Made by a program: the position numbers and the translations under genes. From NCBI GenBank assembly GCA_937775205.1, contig CALKBX010000026.1, forward strand, positions 28,475 through 92,474: a stretch of 64,000 nucleotides of DNA, in the 5' to 3' direction. Origin of the DNA: an uncultured Verrucomicrobiae bacterium (lineage in GTDB: Bacteria > Verrucomicrobiota > Verrucomicrobiia > Limisphaerales > UBA1100). A model generated the notes under the pieces. The model was not told the DNA's origin, did no database searches, and worked only from the letters and a program-made list of their open reading frames with translations. Of this stretch, positions 30,325-42,077 are shown one piece after another (the stretch's first letter is position 1; each line of letters opens with the position of its first letter).

Positions 30325-31539
30325 ATGGTTGAAACACAAACTCACGAAGAAACCCGCGACGCTGGCTTGGACGCCAACGGTGAAGTGGTCGTGCGCGTCA
30401 GTAATCTGGTCAAGGTGTTTCGTGATTTCTGGGGCCGGCCCAAGGCCCGTGCGGTAAATGACGTGAGCTTCGAGGTGCGCGCAGGCGAGGTGTTCGGCCT
30501 GCTCGGCCCCAACGGCTCGGGCAAATCCACCACCATCAAAATGATGCTCGGCCTGCTCAATCCCACCAAAGGCTTCATCGATATGTTCGGCCACGGCCCG
30601 CGCGATGTGAAAACCAAGGAGCGCATCGGATATCTACCGGAAGAATCTTACCTATATAAATACCTGAACTCGGTGGAGACGCTTGATTTTTTCGGTGGCC
30701 TGTTCGCGCTGGACCCCAAGGAGAAAAAAATTCGCACCGCGCAGTTACTGGATATGGTGGGCCTCACCGCCACGCAGATGCGGACAGTCGGCGAATTTTC
30801 CAAAGGTATGCAGCGCCGCATCGGCCTGGCGCAGGCACTGATCAATGACCCTGATCTCGTGATTCTTGATGAACCCACCAGCGGACTGGATCCGGTGGGC
30901 TGCCGTGAAATCAAGGACCTCATTCTCAACCTCAAGGCGCGAGGGAAAACGGTGATTCTCTCCAGCCATCTGCTGGCCGATGTGGAAGATGTCTGCGATC
31001 GCGCGGTGATTTATTATGGCGGCAAGGTGCAGCAGTACGGCACGCTGGAAGAATTACTGACCGAGCGCGACACGATTCGCTTTACCCTTCCCGCATTATC
31101 CGAGGACGCACAACAGGAGGTGATGGAAACCATCGGCAAACACGTGGCCAAGGATAAAGTGCGCGTGGAGAATCCCACCCAAAACCTCGAGAGCTTTTTT
31201 CTCGGTGTGGTGGAAAACGCCATCGCGAAAGACGAACACACCTCCGGCTCTACCGCCGGCAACGAAGTGGCGGAGTTTTTGCGCGCCGATGCGCCCGTGC
31301 CCACACAGGCGGACAAAATGCTCGAACGCCTGGCCGACAACGAAGCCGCCAAACCGGTCGCTTCCAAAAAATCGGAACCCAAGCCGGGGCAGCCAGTGGT
31401 GGATACAGCCAAGCTCGATGCTCTCTCCGGGGAGGATCCCAAAAAACAACCCGCCCCGGAAGTGTCACGCCGGGACAAAAAACCCAACGCTCTCGATGAG
31501 GCCGATGACAAGCTTTCTGGCCTGTTCGGCGACGATTGA
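30325..31539 (+). CDS. ABC transporter ATP-binding protein (ABC-2/NosF-CcmA type) with a roughly 150-aa low-complexity C-terminal tail
   Basis: Walker A GLLGPNGSGKST, signature FSKGMQRR, Walker B LVILDEPTSGLD, H-loop SSHLL. I prefer ATG 30325 over TTG 30316. Confidence 0.9.
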   Translation: MVETQTHEETRDAGLDANGEVVVRVSNLVKVFRDFWGRPKARAVNDVSFEVRAGEVFGLLGPNGSGKSTTIKMMLGLLNPTKGFIDMFGHGPRDVKTKERIGYLPEESYLYKYLNSVETLDFFGGLFALDPKEKKIRTAQLLDMVGLTATQMRTVGEFSKGMQRRIGLAQALINDPDLVILDEPTSGLDPVGCREIKDLILNLKARGKTVILSSHLLADVEDVCDRAVIYYGGKVQQYGTLEELLTERDTIRFTLPALSEDAQQEVMETIGKHVAKDKVRVENPTQNLESFFLGVVENAIAKDEHTSGSTAGNEVAEFLRADAPVPTQADKMLERLADNEAAKPVASKKSEPKPGQPVVDTAKLDALSGEDPKKQPAPEVSRRDKKPNALDEADDKLSGLFGDD

Positions 31540-31563
31540 TCACAAGCCCACCGACCGCGCGCG

Positions 31564-33435
31564 ATGGACTCCCTCCCTTTTGAAACCGTTTTCCTGATGA
31601 GCTGGGTTGGCGCGGGCCTGCGCGGCCTGTTGCTCGCCTTCCTCTTTGGCGCGATTGCTTGGAGCCTGGCCAATCGACGCGTCCGTCACGTGGCCGCCCT
31701 CACTTGGAAGACGGCATTTCGTCTGCGTTTCATCTGGGTTATGATCCTGCTGCTGGTGGTCATCGTGGGTGGTTTGCCCGCGGTGTTGCGCGATGACGGA
31801 TCTGCTAAGGGCATGGCGCAAATCATCCTCACCTACACCCTGAGCATGACCACCGGCATTCTCGGCTTCGCCACCCTCTGGTTGGCCGTGGGGAGCATGG
31901 CTCGCGATATTGGCGATTGCCAAATGCAGATGGTTGCCACCAAACCCATTGCTCGCTGGCAAATTTGGCTTGGCAAATGGCTTGGCATTATGGGCCTCAA
32001 CCTGATGCTGTTGGGGATCGCCGGCAGCGTGGTTTATGGGATGATGGAATATCGCGCGAGCAAAATGGATGAGGCCCAGTACGCGATGCTGCAAGATCGC
32101 AGCGATGAGGAAATCATCAGCTTGGCCGTCCGATCGTGGCAGCAGGGTGAGCTGCGCATCGAACAGATCGTGCAGGTGGATGTTGAGAAAAAAGAAATCC
32201 TGAGCGATGACCAGGGGAGGTACATTCCGCGCCCAGTTGAAGAGTTGAAGCGATTACTGGCCAGCCTTCCCAGGAAAAAATTACGCGAGCAAGTCCTCGT
32301 CTCTCGCGCTCCATTGGAATTAGAGGATGTGCTGGTGTTGTACGGCACAAACAATTTAGGGGTGCCGTATCGCGATTGGCGGAAAAGCAATCGTGAAGAC
32401 GAGGAGGAAAAGGCCGCTCAACACGTTCTGAAATTAATGCAGCAAAACACCATCGCCCAGCAACAAGGTGAGCGGATCACAGCCTTGCCTCCGGAGATGC
32501 GGCAGAAAATCAAAAAAGACATCCAACTACAGTATTCCATGCTCTCCCAAATGGTGGTGCCCAAAACGGGGCGGCGATTGGTGTTTCGCAGACCCAGGGG
32601 AAGTTTTAATGAAGATCGCGGCTTGGTACTCCGGTTCCAATTGGAGGATAGCCGGATGACTTTCAAGAGCGACCGGAAATACAGAATGAGTCTGTATTAT
32701 AGCCGGGATGGAAAGGAGCAGGGCCCTCCACCGCAAACGCGCCTCTATTCCGCCCGCACCCATATTGAGGAGCCGCTCATCGCGGTGGCCCGTATGATCA
32801 CCGAAGGGGGCGTCACTAATAGCATCAGCATCTTTGGAACCAACGATTTAATGTACGTCGATCTGTTTAATGATGAAACACCTCAAGAAGGCCAGGAATA
32901 TATGGGAGTCATCCGGCTCCCCTTCGTGGACGATCGAACCGGCGATCTGAATCCACGCGGCATCGAGGTGATGTATTATGAAGGCGGATTTCTGAAAAAC
33001 TATATGCGCGCGCTGGCGATTGTATTCGCGTGGCTGGGCGTGCTGGCCGCGCTCGGTTTGGCGGCGGCAAGTTTCATGTCCTTCTCCATGGCGGTCTTCG
33101 CCTGTACGGGCATCCTGCTGATTTCGTTTTGCACCGGTATTATGAAAGATGTGGTGGCGGATGACACCGTGATGCAAACCTGGACGGACGGACAACGGGA
33201 TGCCTCCATTATGGATTTTTTCGCGGTCAACTCCTTTCGGTTAATGGTTTCGGTCATTTCACCCGTGAAAGATTATTCGCCCATTGAAGACCTCACCGAT
33301 GGCCGCGCCATCACCTGGGGCCAGCTCGCCCGCGCTTACAGCTACATCTGGGGTCTCAGTGGCCTCTTGATTTTTGCGGGCGGCACGCTTATCTTCACTC
33401 GGCGACAGCTTGCCATCATTGACAGCGACGAATGA
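31564..33435 (+). CDS. Second ABC-2/NosY-like permease with a roughly 300-aa inserted soluble domain
   Basis: 623 aa. The motif GSMARDIGDCQMQMVATKPIARWQIWLGKWLG parallels the one in 22296..24092. TM clusters sit at both ends around a hydrophilic middle. Confidence 0.65.
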   Translation: MDSLPFETVFLMSWVGAGLRGLLLAFLFGAIAWSLANRRVRHVAALTWKTAFRLRFIWVMILLLVVIVGGLPAVLRDDGSAKGMAQIILTYTLSMTTGILGFATLWLAVGSMARDIGDCQMQMVATKPIARWQIWLGKWLGIMGLNLMLLGIAGSVVYGMMEYRASKMDEAQYAMLQDRSDEEIISLAVRSWQQGELRIEQIVQVDVEKKEILSDDQGRYIPRPVEELKRLLASLPRKKLREQVLVSRAPLELEDVLVLYGTNNLGVPYRDWRKSNREDEEEKAAQHVLKLMQQNTIAQQQGERITALPPEMRQKIKKDIQLQYSMLSQMVVPKTGRRLVFRRPRGSFNEDRGLVLRFQLEDSRMTFKSDRKYRMSLYYSRDGKEQGPPPQTRLYSARTHIEEPLIAVARMITEGGVTNSISIFGTNDLMYVDLFNDETPQEGQEYMGVIRLPFVDDRTGDLNPRGIEVMYYEGGFLKNYMRALAIVFAWLGVLAALGLAAASFMSFSMAVFACTGILLISFCTGIMKDVVADDTVMQTWTDGQRDASIMDFFAVNSFRLMVSVISPVKDYSPIEDLTDGRAITWGQLARAYSYIWGLSGLLIFAGGTLIFTRRQLAIIDSDE

Positions 33436-35084
33436 AAAACAAACGCGCCAAGACTCTCGATAGCCTGCCCAAGCCGGTCTTGGTGGGCATCATCTTCGTG
33501 TCGGTCACCCTCGCTTTCGTGGTGCAGGAACGCCTGAACACACAGCGCGGCGAACTCAGCAACGCGTATCTCGAGCCCTTGCAAAATGCGCCGCCCATGC
33601 TGGTGCTCACCACGCAAGCCCTCAGCGGATTTCGCGGAATTATTTCATCCTACCTCTGGCTGCGCGCCAATGAAGCCCAGCTGGACAAACGCTATCAGGA
33701 GCAAATGCAGCTTTCCCAATGGGTCTCCCAACTGCAGCCCACCGTGCCCACCGTGTGGGTGAACCGCGCATGGAATATGGCCTACAATCTTTCCGTAAAA
33801 TATCCGGATCAAGAAACCCGTTGGAAATATGTGCAGGAAGGCGTGCGGTTGTTGCGCGATGAAGGCATCAAATACTGCCCTCAGGAACCGCTCATCTATC
33901 ACGAGCTGGCGTGGATTTTTCAGCACAAAATCGGTCACAACATGGATGACCATCATCGGTTTTACAAACAGCAGTGGATGAACAGTATGACCGCTGTGCT
34001 CTGGGAAAATCAGGATGAAGCTCAGGCCCTCCGTGGCGTTCCCAATTTCGATAAACTCATCAACCCGCCCACACCGGAAGTGGCCGCGCGCGTCTCAAAC
34101 CTTCGCAAAATTTACAAGCTCGACCCTCGCGAAATGAAAGCCGTGGCCATGAAGTACGGCCGCGTCACACTCCCCAACGGCGATGTGGTCGACGCCCTTG
34201 ACTGGCGCATCCCCGAAACCCATTCCATTTACTGGGCCCACATGGGCCTCAAACGCTGCGCCAACAACCCTTCCCGCGAAAGCGCCATGCGCAAGGTGGA
34301 ACGCATTATTTATCAATCCATGATGTACGCCTTTGAACGGGGGAAACTCATTCAAGACCCAGCCACAGGCAAACTCGGATTTCAAGATGTCACCAAAGGA
34401 ATGGGCGCCGTCGCGGGCGGTACCGATTCGGGCCTCAAAGCGAGTTGGTGGACCATCCCTAATCTGGACATCACCGAAAACACCCACAAGGCATACATTG
34501 AGATGGTGAAACGCGCCAACGAAATGCGCGGGGAAGATACCTATAGCACCTTCGAGTCCGCCCATTTCAATTTCATGCGCCGGGCGATCAACTGGTTTTT
34601 CTATTATCACCGCGAGGATGAAGCGATCAAATGGCTGGAGATTTGCGCCAACCGCTACCCTGAAAAATTTGTTTACTATCCCGGCTACACCCCCGGCGAT
34701 GGCTTCAAAAAAGGCAAAGTGAATCTCGATGAATTTGTCTTCTATAAATACGAGGACGATCTCAAGCGGGGCAATTATGAAAAAACCGTTGGGTTAATTC
34801 GCGGGCTGCTGATCAGGCACTTTCTTTTTCTAGCCGAAGGCGACGAAGTGCAGGGGCAAAAATATCACGATAAATTCAAAGACGTCCACACCCGCTACGT
34901 CAACCGATTCAGAAGCGCCTCCGAAAATCGTGTGAGATTATTGAGGCGGGAAGCATTTGAAGTGATGGTCTTAACTGACTTGCTGGCCAATGAAGGCCCG
35001 ATCCGCGCTGCCCAACTGCGGACGGCACTCGGGTTGAAAGCCGACGAATGGCCTAAGTACAATCCTCCCGGCTCCGGACAATAA
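33432..35084 (+). CDS. Membrane-anchored conserved hypothetical protein (helical, W/Y-rich)
   Basis: 550-aa ORF whose ATG overlaps the previous stop (ATGA). A single N-terminal TM helix VLVGIIFVSVTLAFVV. I recognised no motif. Confidence 0.6.
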   Translation: MKNKRAKTLDSLPKPVLVGIIFVSVTLAFVVQERLNTQRGELSNAYLEPLQNAPPMLVLTTQALSGFRGIISSYLWLRANEAQLDKRYQEQMQLSQWVSQLQPTVPTVWVNRAWNMAYNLSVKYPDQETRWKYVQEGVRLLRDEGIKYCPQEPLIYHELAWIFQHKIGHNMDDHHRFYKQQWMNSMTAVLWENQDEAQALRGVPNFDKLINPPTPEVAARVSNLRKIYKLDPREMKAVAMKYGRVTLPNGDVVDALDWRIPETHSIYWAHMGLKRCANNPSRESAMRKVERIIYQSMMYAFERGKLIQDPATGKLGFQDVTKGMGAVAGGTDSGLKASWWTIPNLDITENTHKAYIEMVKRANEMRGEDTYSTFESAHFNFMRRAINWFFYYHREDEAIKWLEICANRYPEKFVYYPGYTPGDGFKKGKVNLDEFVFYKYEDDLKRGNYEKTVGLIRGLLIRHFLFLAEGDEVQGQKYHDKFKDVHTRYVNRFRSASENRVRLLRREAFEVMVLTDLLANEGPIRAAQLRTALGLKADEWPKYNPPGSGQ

Positions 35085-35128
35085 AATAGTTGCTTGCCCC
35101 TCCGCGAACCGTGACGCACCTTTCCCCT

Positions 35129-36928
35129 ATGCGGCCCGCGAATTTTTTCTGCCTGTTGCTCGCCTGTCTTGCGCTGGCGTGTTCGCGCCCGCCTTCCAAT
35201 GTGGAATCCGGTGCGCGCGACCAAGTGCTTCACCTCGGCAACGGCGCGGAACCCCAATCGCTCGATCCCCACATCGCCACCAGCGTCAGCGCCAATCACA
35301 TCCTTTCCTCGCTGCTCGAAGGGTTGATGTCCGAACATCCTAAAACGCTCGAGCCCGGGCCGGGCGTGGCGGAGAGTTGGGAAATTTCCGAGGACAGCAA
35401 AACCTATATTTTCACTTTCCGCAATAATGCCAAGTGGTCCAATGGCGATCCGGTTACCGCGCACGATTTTGTGTACAGCTATCGGCGCATGCTCAATCAG
35501 GAACTCGCCGCGCAGTACGCTTATATGTTGCAGGTTTTCAAAAATGCCAAGCTCTTCAACACCGGCCACAAATGCGCCGGCGGCTTATGGCAGCTATCCA
35601 AGGATGGTGAGCCAAAACAAGTAGCACACCCAAAAGAGTGGGCGGCACTCAATGACGCGGCCCGCAAAAAGACACTCACCGAATTGCAGCCCGCCGATGA
35701 AGAAGCCACGGGCACCTGCCGATTTTGCAAAACTCAATTGCAGTCGCTGGATTGGAAGGACTGGGATCGCTGCGAAGTAGGTGTGCGCGCGATTGACGAG
35801 CGCACGCTGGAATTGAAGCTCGAAAACCCCACGCCGTATTTTTTAGAATTGCTCAATCACTATTCATTCTGGCCCGTGCATCCGGGCACCATCGAGAAAC
35901 ACGGCGCGCGCACCGTGCGCGGCACCGGCTGGGCTTTGCCGGAAAACCACGTGGGCAACGGCCCCTTCACCCTCGAGGAATGGCGCATCAACGCCCGAAT
36001 GGTGATGAAGAAGAGCCCAACCTATTGGGACGCCAAAACGGTGAAGCTCAACGAGATTCGTTTTTATCCCATCGAAAGCGTGGACACCGAGGAGCGCGCG
36101 TTTCGTTCCAGTTTTTTGCATCACACCCAAACCGTGCCGCCGCATCGTATTGATTATCATCGCAAAAAAAATCCCGACCTCCTCCACCTCGACACGTACT
36201 TGAGCGTTTATTTTTATCGCTTCAATACCAAAAAAGCCCCCTTGGATGATGTTCGCGTGCGGCGCGCGCTCGCGCTGTCGCTCAACCGCGAGGCCTTGGT
36301 CGAGCACGTTCTCAAAGCAGGCCAGCAACCGGCCTATAATTACACGCCACCCGGCACCGGCGGTTTCACTGCGGGACCGCAATTCAAGTACGACCTCGCC
36401 GAGGCCAAGCAACTTATCGCCGATTATCTTAAGGAAAAAAGCATCAAAGAGTTGCCCGAGATTGAGCTGAAATATAACACTAGCGAAAGTCACCAAAAAG
36501 TTGCCGAGGCAATCCAAAGCATGTGGCGCAAGGAGCTGGGCATCAACGTGGTGCTCGATAATCAGGAATGGAAGGTCTTCCTCAAAACCGTGGAGACGCA
36601 GGATTACGTCATCGCGCGCGCTGGTTGGGTGGGGGATTACAATGACCCCAACACGTTTATGGATATGTGGGTGACTGATGGCGGTCACAACAACACCGGT
36701 TGGTCCAGTAAACGCTACGACGAGCTCATCGAGCTTTCCGCCGCCGAAGGCGACAAGGCCAAGCGGAAAGAATATTTTCAGGAAGCCGAGAAAATTCTCG
36801 CCGCCGAAATGCCCATGCTGCCGATTTATTTTTACGTGCGCTCCAGTCTCCGCCAACCGAGCGTGAAAGGCTGGTGGCCCAATGTGCTCGATCATCATCC
36901 TTACAAGCACGTGTACCTCGAGGACTGA
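35129..36928 (+). CDS. Peptide/nickel ABC transporter substrate-binding lipoprotein (family 5, OppA/DppA-like) with a Cys-containing insertion
   Basis: Lipobox FFCLLLACLALAC at ATG 35129. Family-5 features: WSNGDPVTAHDFVYSYRR, GVRAIDERTLELKLENPTPYF, AGWVGDYNDP. Confidence 0.85.
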   Translation: MRPANFFCLLLACLALACSRPPSNVESGARDQVLHLGNGAEPQSLDPHIATSVSANHILSSLLEGLMSEHPKTLEPGPGVAESWEISEDSKTYIFTFRNNAKWSNGDPVTAHDFVYSYRRMLNQELAAQYAYMLQVFKNAKLFNTGHKCAGGLWQLSKDGEPKQVAHPKEWAALNDAARKKTLTELQPADEEATGTCRFCKTQLQSLDWKDWDRCEVGVRAIDERTLELKLENPTPYFLELLNHYSFWPVHPGTIEKHGARTVRGTGWALPENHVGNGPFTLEEWRINARMVMKKSPTYWDAKTVKLNEIRFYPIESVDTEERAFRSSFLHHTQTVPPHRIDYHRKKNPDLLHLDTYLSVYFYRFNTKKAPLDDVRVRRALALSLNREALVEHVLKAGQQPAYNYTPPGTGGFTAGPQFKYDLAEAKQLIADYLKEKSIKELPEIELKYNTSESHQKVAEAIQSMWRKELGINVVLDNQEWKVFLKTVETQDYVIARAGWVGDYNDPNTFMDMWVTDGGHNNTGWSSKRYDELIELSAAEGDKAKRKEYFQEAEKILAAEMPMLPIYFYVRSSLRQPSVKGWWPNVLDHHPYKHVYLED

Positions 36929-36934
36929 CGCCGA

Positions 36935-38073
<1,139 letters not shown>

Positions 38074-38077
<4 letters not shown>

Positions 38078-38958
38078 CAACCACCGAAACCGCCATCCAA
38101 AAAACCGAGGGCGCTTCGCTTTGGAGCGATGCGTGGCGGCGCTTGGCGCAAAATCGTATGGCGGTAATCAGCACTGCGATTTTTGGCCTCATCATTCTCA
38201 CCTGCCTGTTTGGGCCGTTGCTCTTCGGCCAGCACGATGGCGCGGAAAACAATCTGGCCAACAATTTCCAGAAACCCAGCAGTGAACATTGGTTCGGCAC
38301 CGACGATCTCGGACGCGATCTCTTCGTGCGCACCCTCGAAGGCGGTCGCGTCTCACTGGCGGTGGGGTTCCTCGCCACCGCTGTCTCGCTCATCATCGGC
38401 GTGGTTTACGGCTCCATCGCTGGCTATGTGGGTGGTCGTACGGACGCGCTCCTCATGCGCATCGTTGATATTCTTTACTCACTGCCCTTCGTCATTTTTG
38501 TGATTTTGTTGATGGTGATGTTCGGCCGGAATTTCATTTTACTCTTCATCGCCATCGGCGCGGTGGAATGGCTCACCATGGCCCGCATCGTCCGCGCGCA
38601 GATTATGGCGCTCAAGGACACCGAATTCGTCGAAGCCGCCCGCGCGTTGGGCTACAGCAATGCCCGCATTATTTTTGGCCATCTGCTGCCCAACGTGCTG
38701 GGGCCGGTCATTATTTATTCCAGCCTTACCGTGCCGGCGGTGATGTTGCTCGAAGCGGTGCTCAGTTTCCTCGGGTTGGGCGTGCAGCCGCCGATGAGTT
38801 CGTGGGGCTTGCTCATCAAAGACGGCGCAGAAAAAATTGACGTCTATCCGTGGCTGCTAATTTTCCCGGCAATCTTTTTCTCGGCCACGTTGTTTAGCCT
38901 GAACTTTATTGGCGATGGACTGCGCGATGCGTTGGATCCCAAATCATCGAAGGACTGA
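38074..38958 (+). CDS. Peptide ABC transporter permease (OppC/DppC-like)
   Basis: SLWSDAWRRLAQNRMAVIS N-terminus and EFVEAARALGYSNARIIFGHLLPN. GTG 38074 overlaps the OppB-like stop (GTGA). Confidence 0.85.
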
Positions 38959-38959
38959 T

Positions 38960-40705
38960 ATGGCACTGCTCGAAGTTGATAATTTAAAAACCTACTTTCA
39001 CACACGCAATGGCGTGGTGAAGGCGGTGGATGATATTTCGTTCACATTGGAAAAGGGCGAGATTCTCGGCATCGTGGGCGAATCGGGCTCGGGCAAATCG
39101 GTGACGGTGCACACGCTGATGGGGCTGGTGCCGCAACCGCCCGGACGCATCGAGGGCGGCACGGCAGTTTTTGACAACAGAAATTTGCTGACCACCGATG
39201 AGGCGGTGCTGCGGTCGCTGCGAGGCAAACGCATCTCGATGATTTTTCAGGATCCGATGACTTCGCTCAATCCGTACTTGCGGATTTCCGAGCAACTCAT
39301 TGAGCCGCTGCTGATTCACGGGCAAGCCAATCGCAAGGAGGCACTCAAGCGCGCCATCACCATGCTCGAGAAAGTCGGCATGAGTGACGCCGCCGAGCGC
39401 GTGCATTCGTACCCCCACGAGTTTTCCGGCGGGATGCGCCAGCGCGTGATGATTGCCATGGCGCTCATCACCGATCCCGAAGTGCTCATCGCCGACGAGC
39501 CCACCACCGCTTTGGACGTCACCGTGCAGGCGCAGATTCTGCGGCTGCTAAAGGATTTGCAAACCGACCTCGGCGTGTCGGTGATTTTCATTACGCACGA
39601 CCTCGGCGTCATCGCTGAGCTGGCCGATCGCGTGGTGGTAATGTACCACGGCCACATCGTGGAGCAGGGCGACGTACTGCCTATTTTTGAAAACCCGCAA
39701 CATCCGTACACCAAAGGCCTGCTCGCCTGCCGCCCGCGATTGGAATCGACCTTCAAGGTATTGCCCACCGTTTCCGATTATCTCGATGAAACGGAAGTGG
39801 ACGGCCAAATTGAGCTAAGCGAAAGACCCGATGCCGCCGCCCGCATCGAGGCCATGCAAAAAATCGATGAGCCGGAGATTGATGAAACCGATTTGCTGCT
39901 CGAGGTGAACAACCTTCACGTGCATTTCCCCGAGCGCGCCGGCTTTTTCTCCGGCCCGAAAGGCGTGGTGAAGGCGGTCGACGGCATCAGCTTCATCGTC
40001 CCGCGGGGCAGCACTCTCGGCATCGTGGGCGAATCCGGCTGCGGCAAAACTACTACCGGCCGCGCCATTCTCAATCTCGTGGCGCCCACCAGCGGCAGTG
40101 TGAAATTTATGGGTGTGGAAATCGCCGGTCGCAACGCCGCCGCCATGCTGCCGCTGCGCAAGCGAATGCAAATTGTTTTCCAGGATCCGTACTCCTCGCT
40201 CAACCCGCGCCTCACCATTGAGCAGGCGCTCACCGAGCCGATGGCGGTACACGGCATCGGCAGCAGCCACAGCGACCGTCGCGACCGCGCGGTAGCCTTA
40301 CTGGAGGAGGTCGACTTGGAGCCGCACTTTCTGCGCCGTTATCCGCACGAATTTTCCGGCGGCCAACGCCAGCGCATCTGCGTGGCGCGCGCGCTATCGC
40401 TCGAGCCGGAATTCATCGTGTGCGACGAAGCCGTCAGCGCGATGGATGTCTCCGTGCAGGCGCAGGTTTTGAATTTGTTAAAGGAACTCCAAAGCCGCCG
40501 CAACCTCACCTACATTTTCATCAGCCACGATTTGAGCGTCGTCAAATTCATGGCCGATACGATGGCCGTGATGCGCGCCGGAAAAATCGTGGAGCAGGGC
40601 AGTGCCGAAGCCATCTACGCCAACCCCGCCGAGAACTACACCCAACGCCTCATTGACGCCATCCCCCGCGACAGCATCGACTCCATCAAACAACGCGTGT
40701 CGTAG
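38960..40705 (+). CDS. Fused double ATPase of the peptide ABC transporter (OppD-OppF-like)
   Basis: Two full nucleotide-binding domains: GIVGESGSGKS / FSGGMRQR / LIADEPTTALD and GIVGESGCGKT / FSGGQRQR / IVCDEAVSAMD. ATG 38960 sits 1 nt after the previous stop. Confidence 0.9.
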   Translation: MALLEVDNLKTYFHTRNGVVKAVDDISFTLEKGEILGIVGESGSGKSVTVHTLMGLVPQPPGRIEGGTAVFDNRNLLTTDEAVLRSLRGKRISMIFQDPMTSLNPYLRISEQLIEPLLIHGQANRKEALKRAITMLEKVGMSDAAERVHSYPHEFSGGMRQRVMIAMALITDPEVLIADEPTTALDVTVQAQILRLLKDLQTDLGVSVIFITHDLGVIAELADRVVVMYHGHIVEQGDVLPIFENPQHPYTKGLLACRPRLESTFKVLPTVSDYLDETEVDGQIELSERPDAAARIEAMQKIDEPEIDETDLLLEVNNLHVHFPERAGFFSGPKGVVKAVDGISFIVPRGSTLGIVGESGCGKTTTGRAILNLVAPTSGSVKFMGVEIAGRNAAAMLPLRKRMQIVFQDPYSSLNPRLTIEQALTEPMAVHGIGSSHSDRRDRAVALLEEVDLEPHFLRRYPHEFSGGQRQRICVARALSLEPEFIVCDEAVSAMDVSVQAQVLNLLKELQSRRNLTYIFISHDLSVVKFMADTMAVMRAGKIVEQGSAEAIYANPAENYTQRLIDAIPRDSIDSIKQRVS

Positions 40706-40832
40706 CCAAGCCGCGTAGCGGCAGCAGAAAATAACCCCGTCTGTCAAAGCGATGTGATGCGGGTTTAAAAATTCAGAGGCCCGATGGGCCGCCAAATTCA
40801 GGGGAGAATTACAGGAAAGTGTTCCGACCCTA

Positions 40833-41303
40833 CTATTTCTTTTCGTCACCCGTCGTGGGCGTAGGTGCGGGAGCCGGTTCTGGCGTTGGATCAGTGCTGG
40901 AAGGCGCGGGTTCGTTATTGGAGGGCGTGGGGTTCACAGGCAATTCGGGGCCGATTGGTGTTGTTGGGACGGATGGGGTGACGCCTAATCCTTTGCCCGG
41001 CTGGGCGGGCTGTTCTTTTTTGGCTTTGTTTTTGTCCGTGCCGGCGGTGTTTGTTTTTTCGCTGTCGGCTTTATTCATTACGGAAAGCACGAGGCAAAGC
41101 ACCAGAAACGCGATGGTGCAATATTTGGTAAGCTGGGTGAGCACGTTGCCGGCGCCGGCGCCGAAAAGGGCGTCAGTGGTGCCGCCGCCAAAGGCCGTGC
41201 CGAGGCCGGCTTCTTTCTTGGGCAGTTGCACGAGCACCAGCAGGATGAGAAACAGGCTGATCAAAAACAGAATGATCGTGAGGGCGAGATTTAGAATTTC
41301 CAT
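40833..41303 (-). CDS. secG: Preprotein translocase subunit SecG with a Pro/Thr-rich C-terminal extension
   Basis: MEILNLALTIILFLISLFLILLVLVQLPKKEAGLGTAFGGG...NVLTQLTKYCTIAFLVLCLVLSV is the typical SecG two-TM pattern. It also sits directly downstream of tpiA on the same strand. Confidence 0.8.
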   Translation of the reverse strand: MEILNLALTIILFLISLFLILLVLVQLPKKEAGLGTAFGGGTTDALFGAGAGNVLTQLTKYCTIAFLVLCLVLSVMNKADSEKTNTAGTDKNKAKKEQPAQPGKGLGVTPSVPTTPIGPELPVNPTPSNNEPAPSSTDPTPEPAPAPTPTTGDEKK

Positions 41304-41312
41304 TGGGTTTCC

Positions 41313-42068
41313 TTAATTGAGTGTGTTGGTAATGATTTCAATAAAACTTTTGGCTTCCAGTGACGCGCCGCCCACGAGGGCACCGTCCACGTCGGGTTGG
41401 CTCATTAGCTCGCGCGCGTTGTCGGGCTTCACGCTGCCGCCGTATTGGATCCGCACCTCGGCGGACACGCTCGCGGGCAGCTGGCCGCGGATGAACGCGT
41501 GCGCGGCTTGCGCTTGTTCGGTGGTGGCCGTCTTGCCGGTGCCGATCGCCCACACGGGCTCGTAAGCGATGATGGTGTCTCGCAATTGATCATCCGTCAA
41601 CCCCGTAAGGCTGCCGCGAATTTGTTCGCCCACCACTTCCTCGGTTTGATTGGCCTCGCGTTGGGCGAGCGTTTCGCCGACGCAAACAATCGGTTTGAGG
41701 CCCGCCGCAAGCGCGGCTTTGGCTTTGGCGTTCACGAGCGCGTCCGTTTCCTTTTGGATGGCGCGCCGTTCGGAATGGCCGAGAATCACAAAATGCACCA
41801 GCAATTCACGCAACATTCCGGCGGCAATTTCGCCGGTGAACGCGCCGTAATTTTGCTCGCTCATATTTTGCGCGCCGAGGCGGATTCGGGTTTCGCGGAT
41901 GGCCTCAGAGACTCTGTCCAACGCGGTGAACGGCGGGCAAAGCACCACGTCCACTTCCGTTTGGTTGGCGAGTTCGAGCTTGAGGCCCTCCACCAATTCC
42001 GTGGCTTCGGCCACGGTTTTGTTCATCTTCCAGTTTCCGGCAACGATTAATTTGCGTTCTTTGTTCAT
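41313..42068 (-). CDS. tpiA: Triosephosphate isomerase
   Basis: AGNWKMN, ILGHSERR, AYEPVWAIGTG, YGGSV. Confidence 0.95.
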   Translation of the reverse strand: MNKERKLIVAGNWKMNKTVAEATELVEGLKLELANQTEVDVVLCPPFTALDRVSEAIRETRIRLGAQNMSEQNYGAFTGEIAAGMLRELLVHFVILGHSERRAIQKETDALVNAKAKAALAAGLKPIVCVGETLAQREANQTEEVVGEQIRGSLTGLTDDQLRDTIIAYEPVWAIGTGKTATTEQAQAAHAFIRGQLPASVSAEVRIQYGGSVKPDNARELMSQPDVDGALVGGASLEAKSFIEIITNTLN

Positions 42069-42077
42069 TCGATAAAA

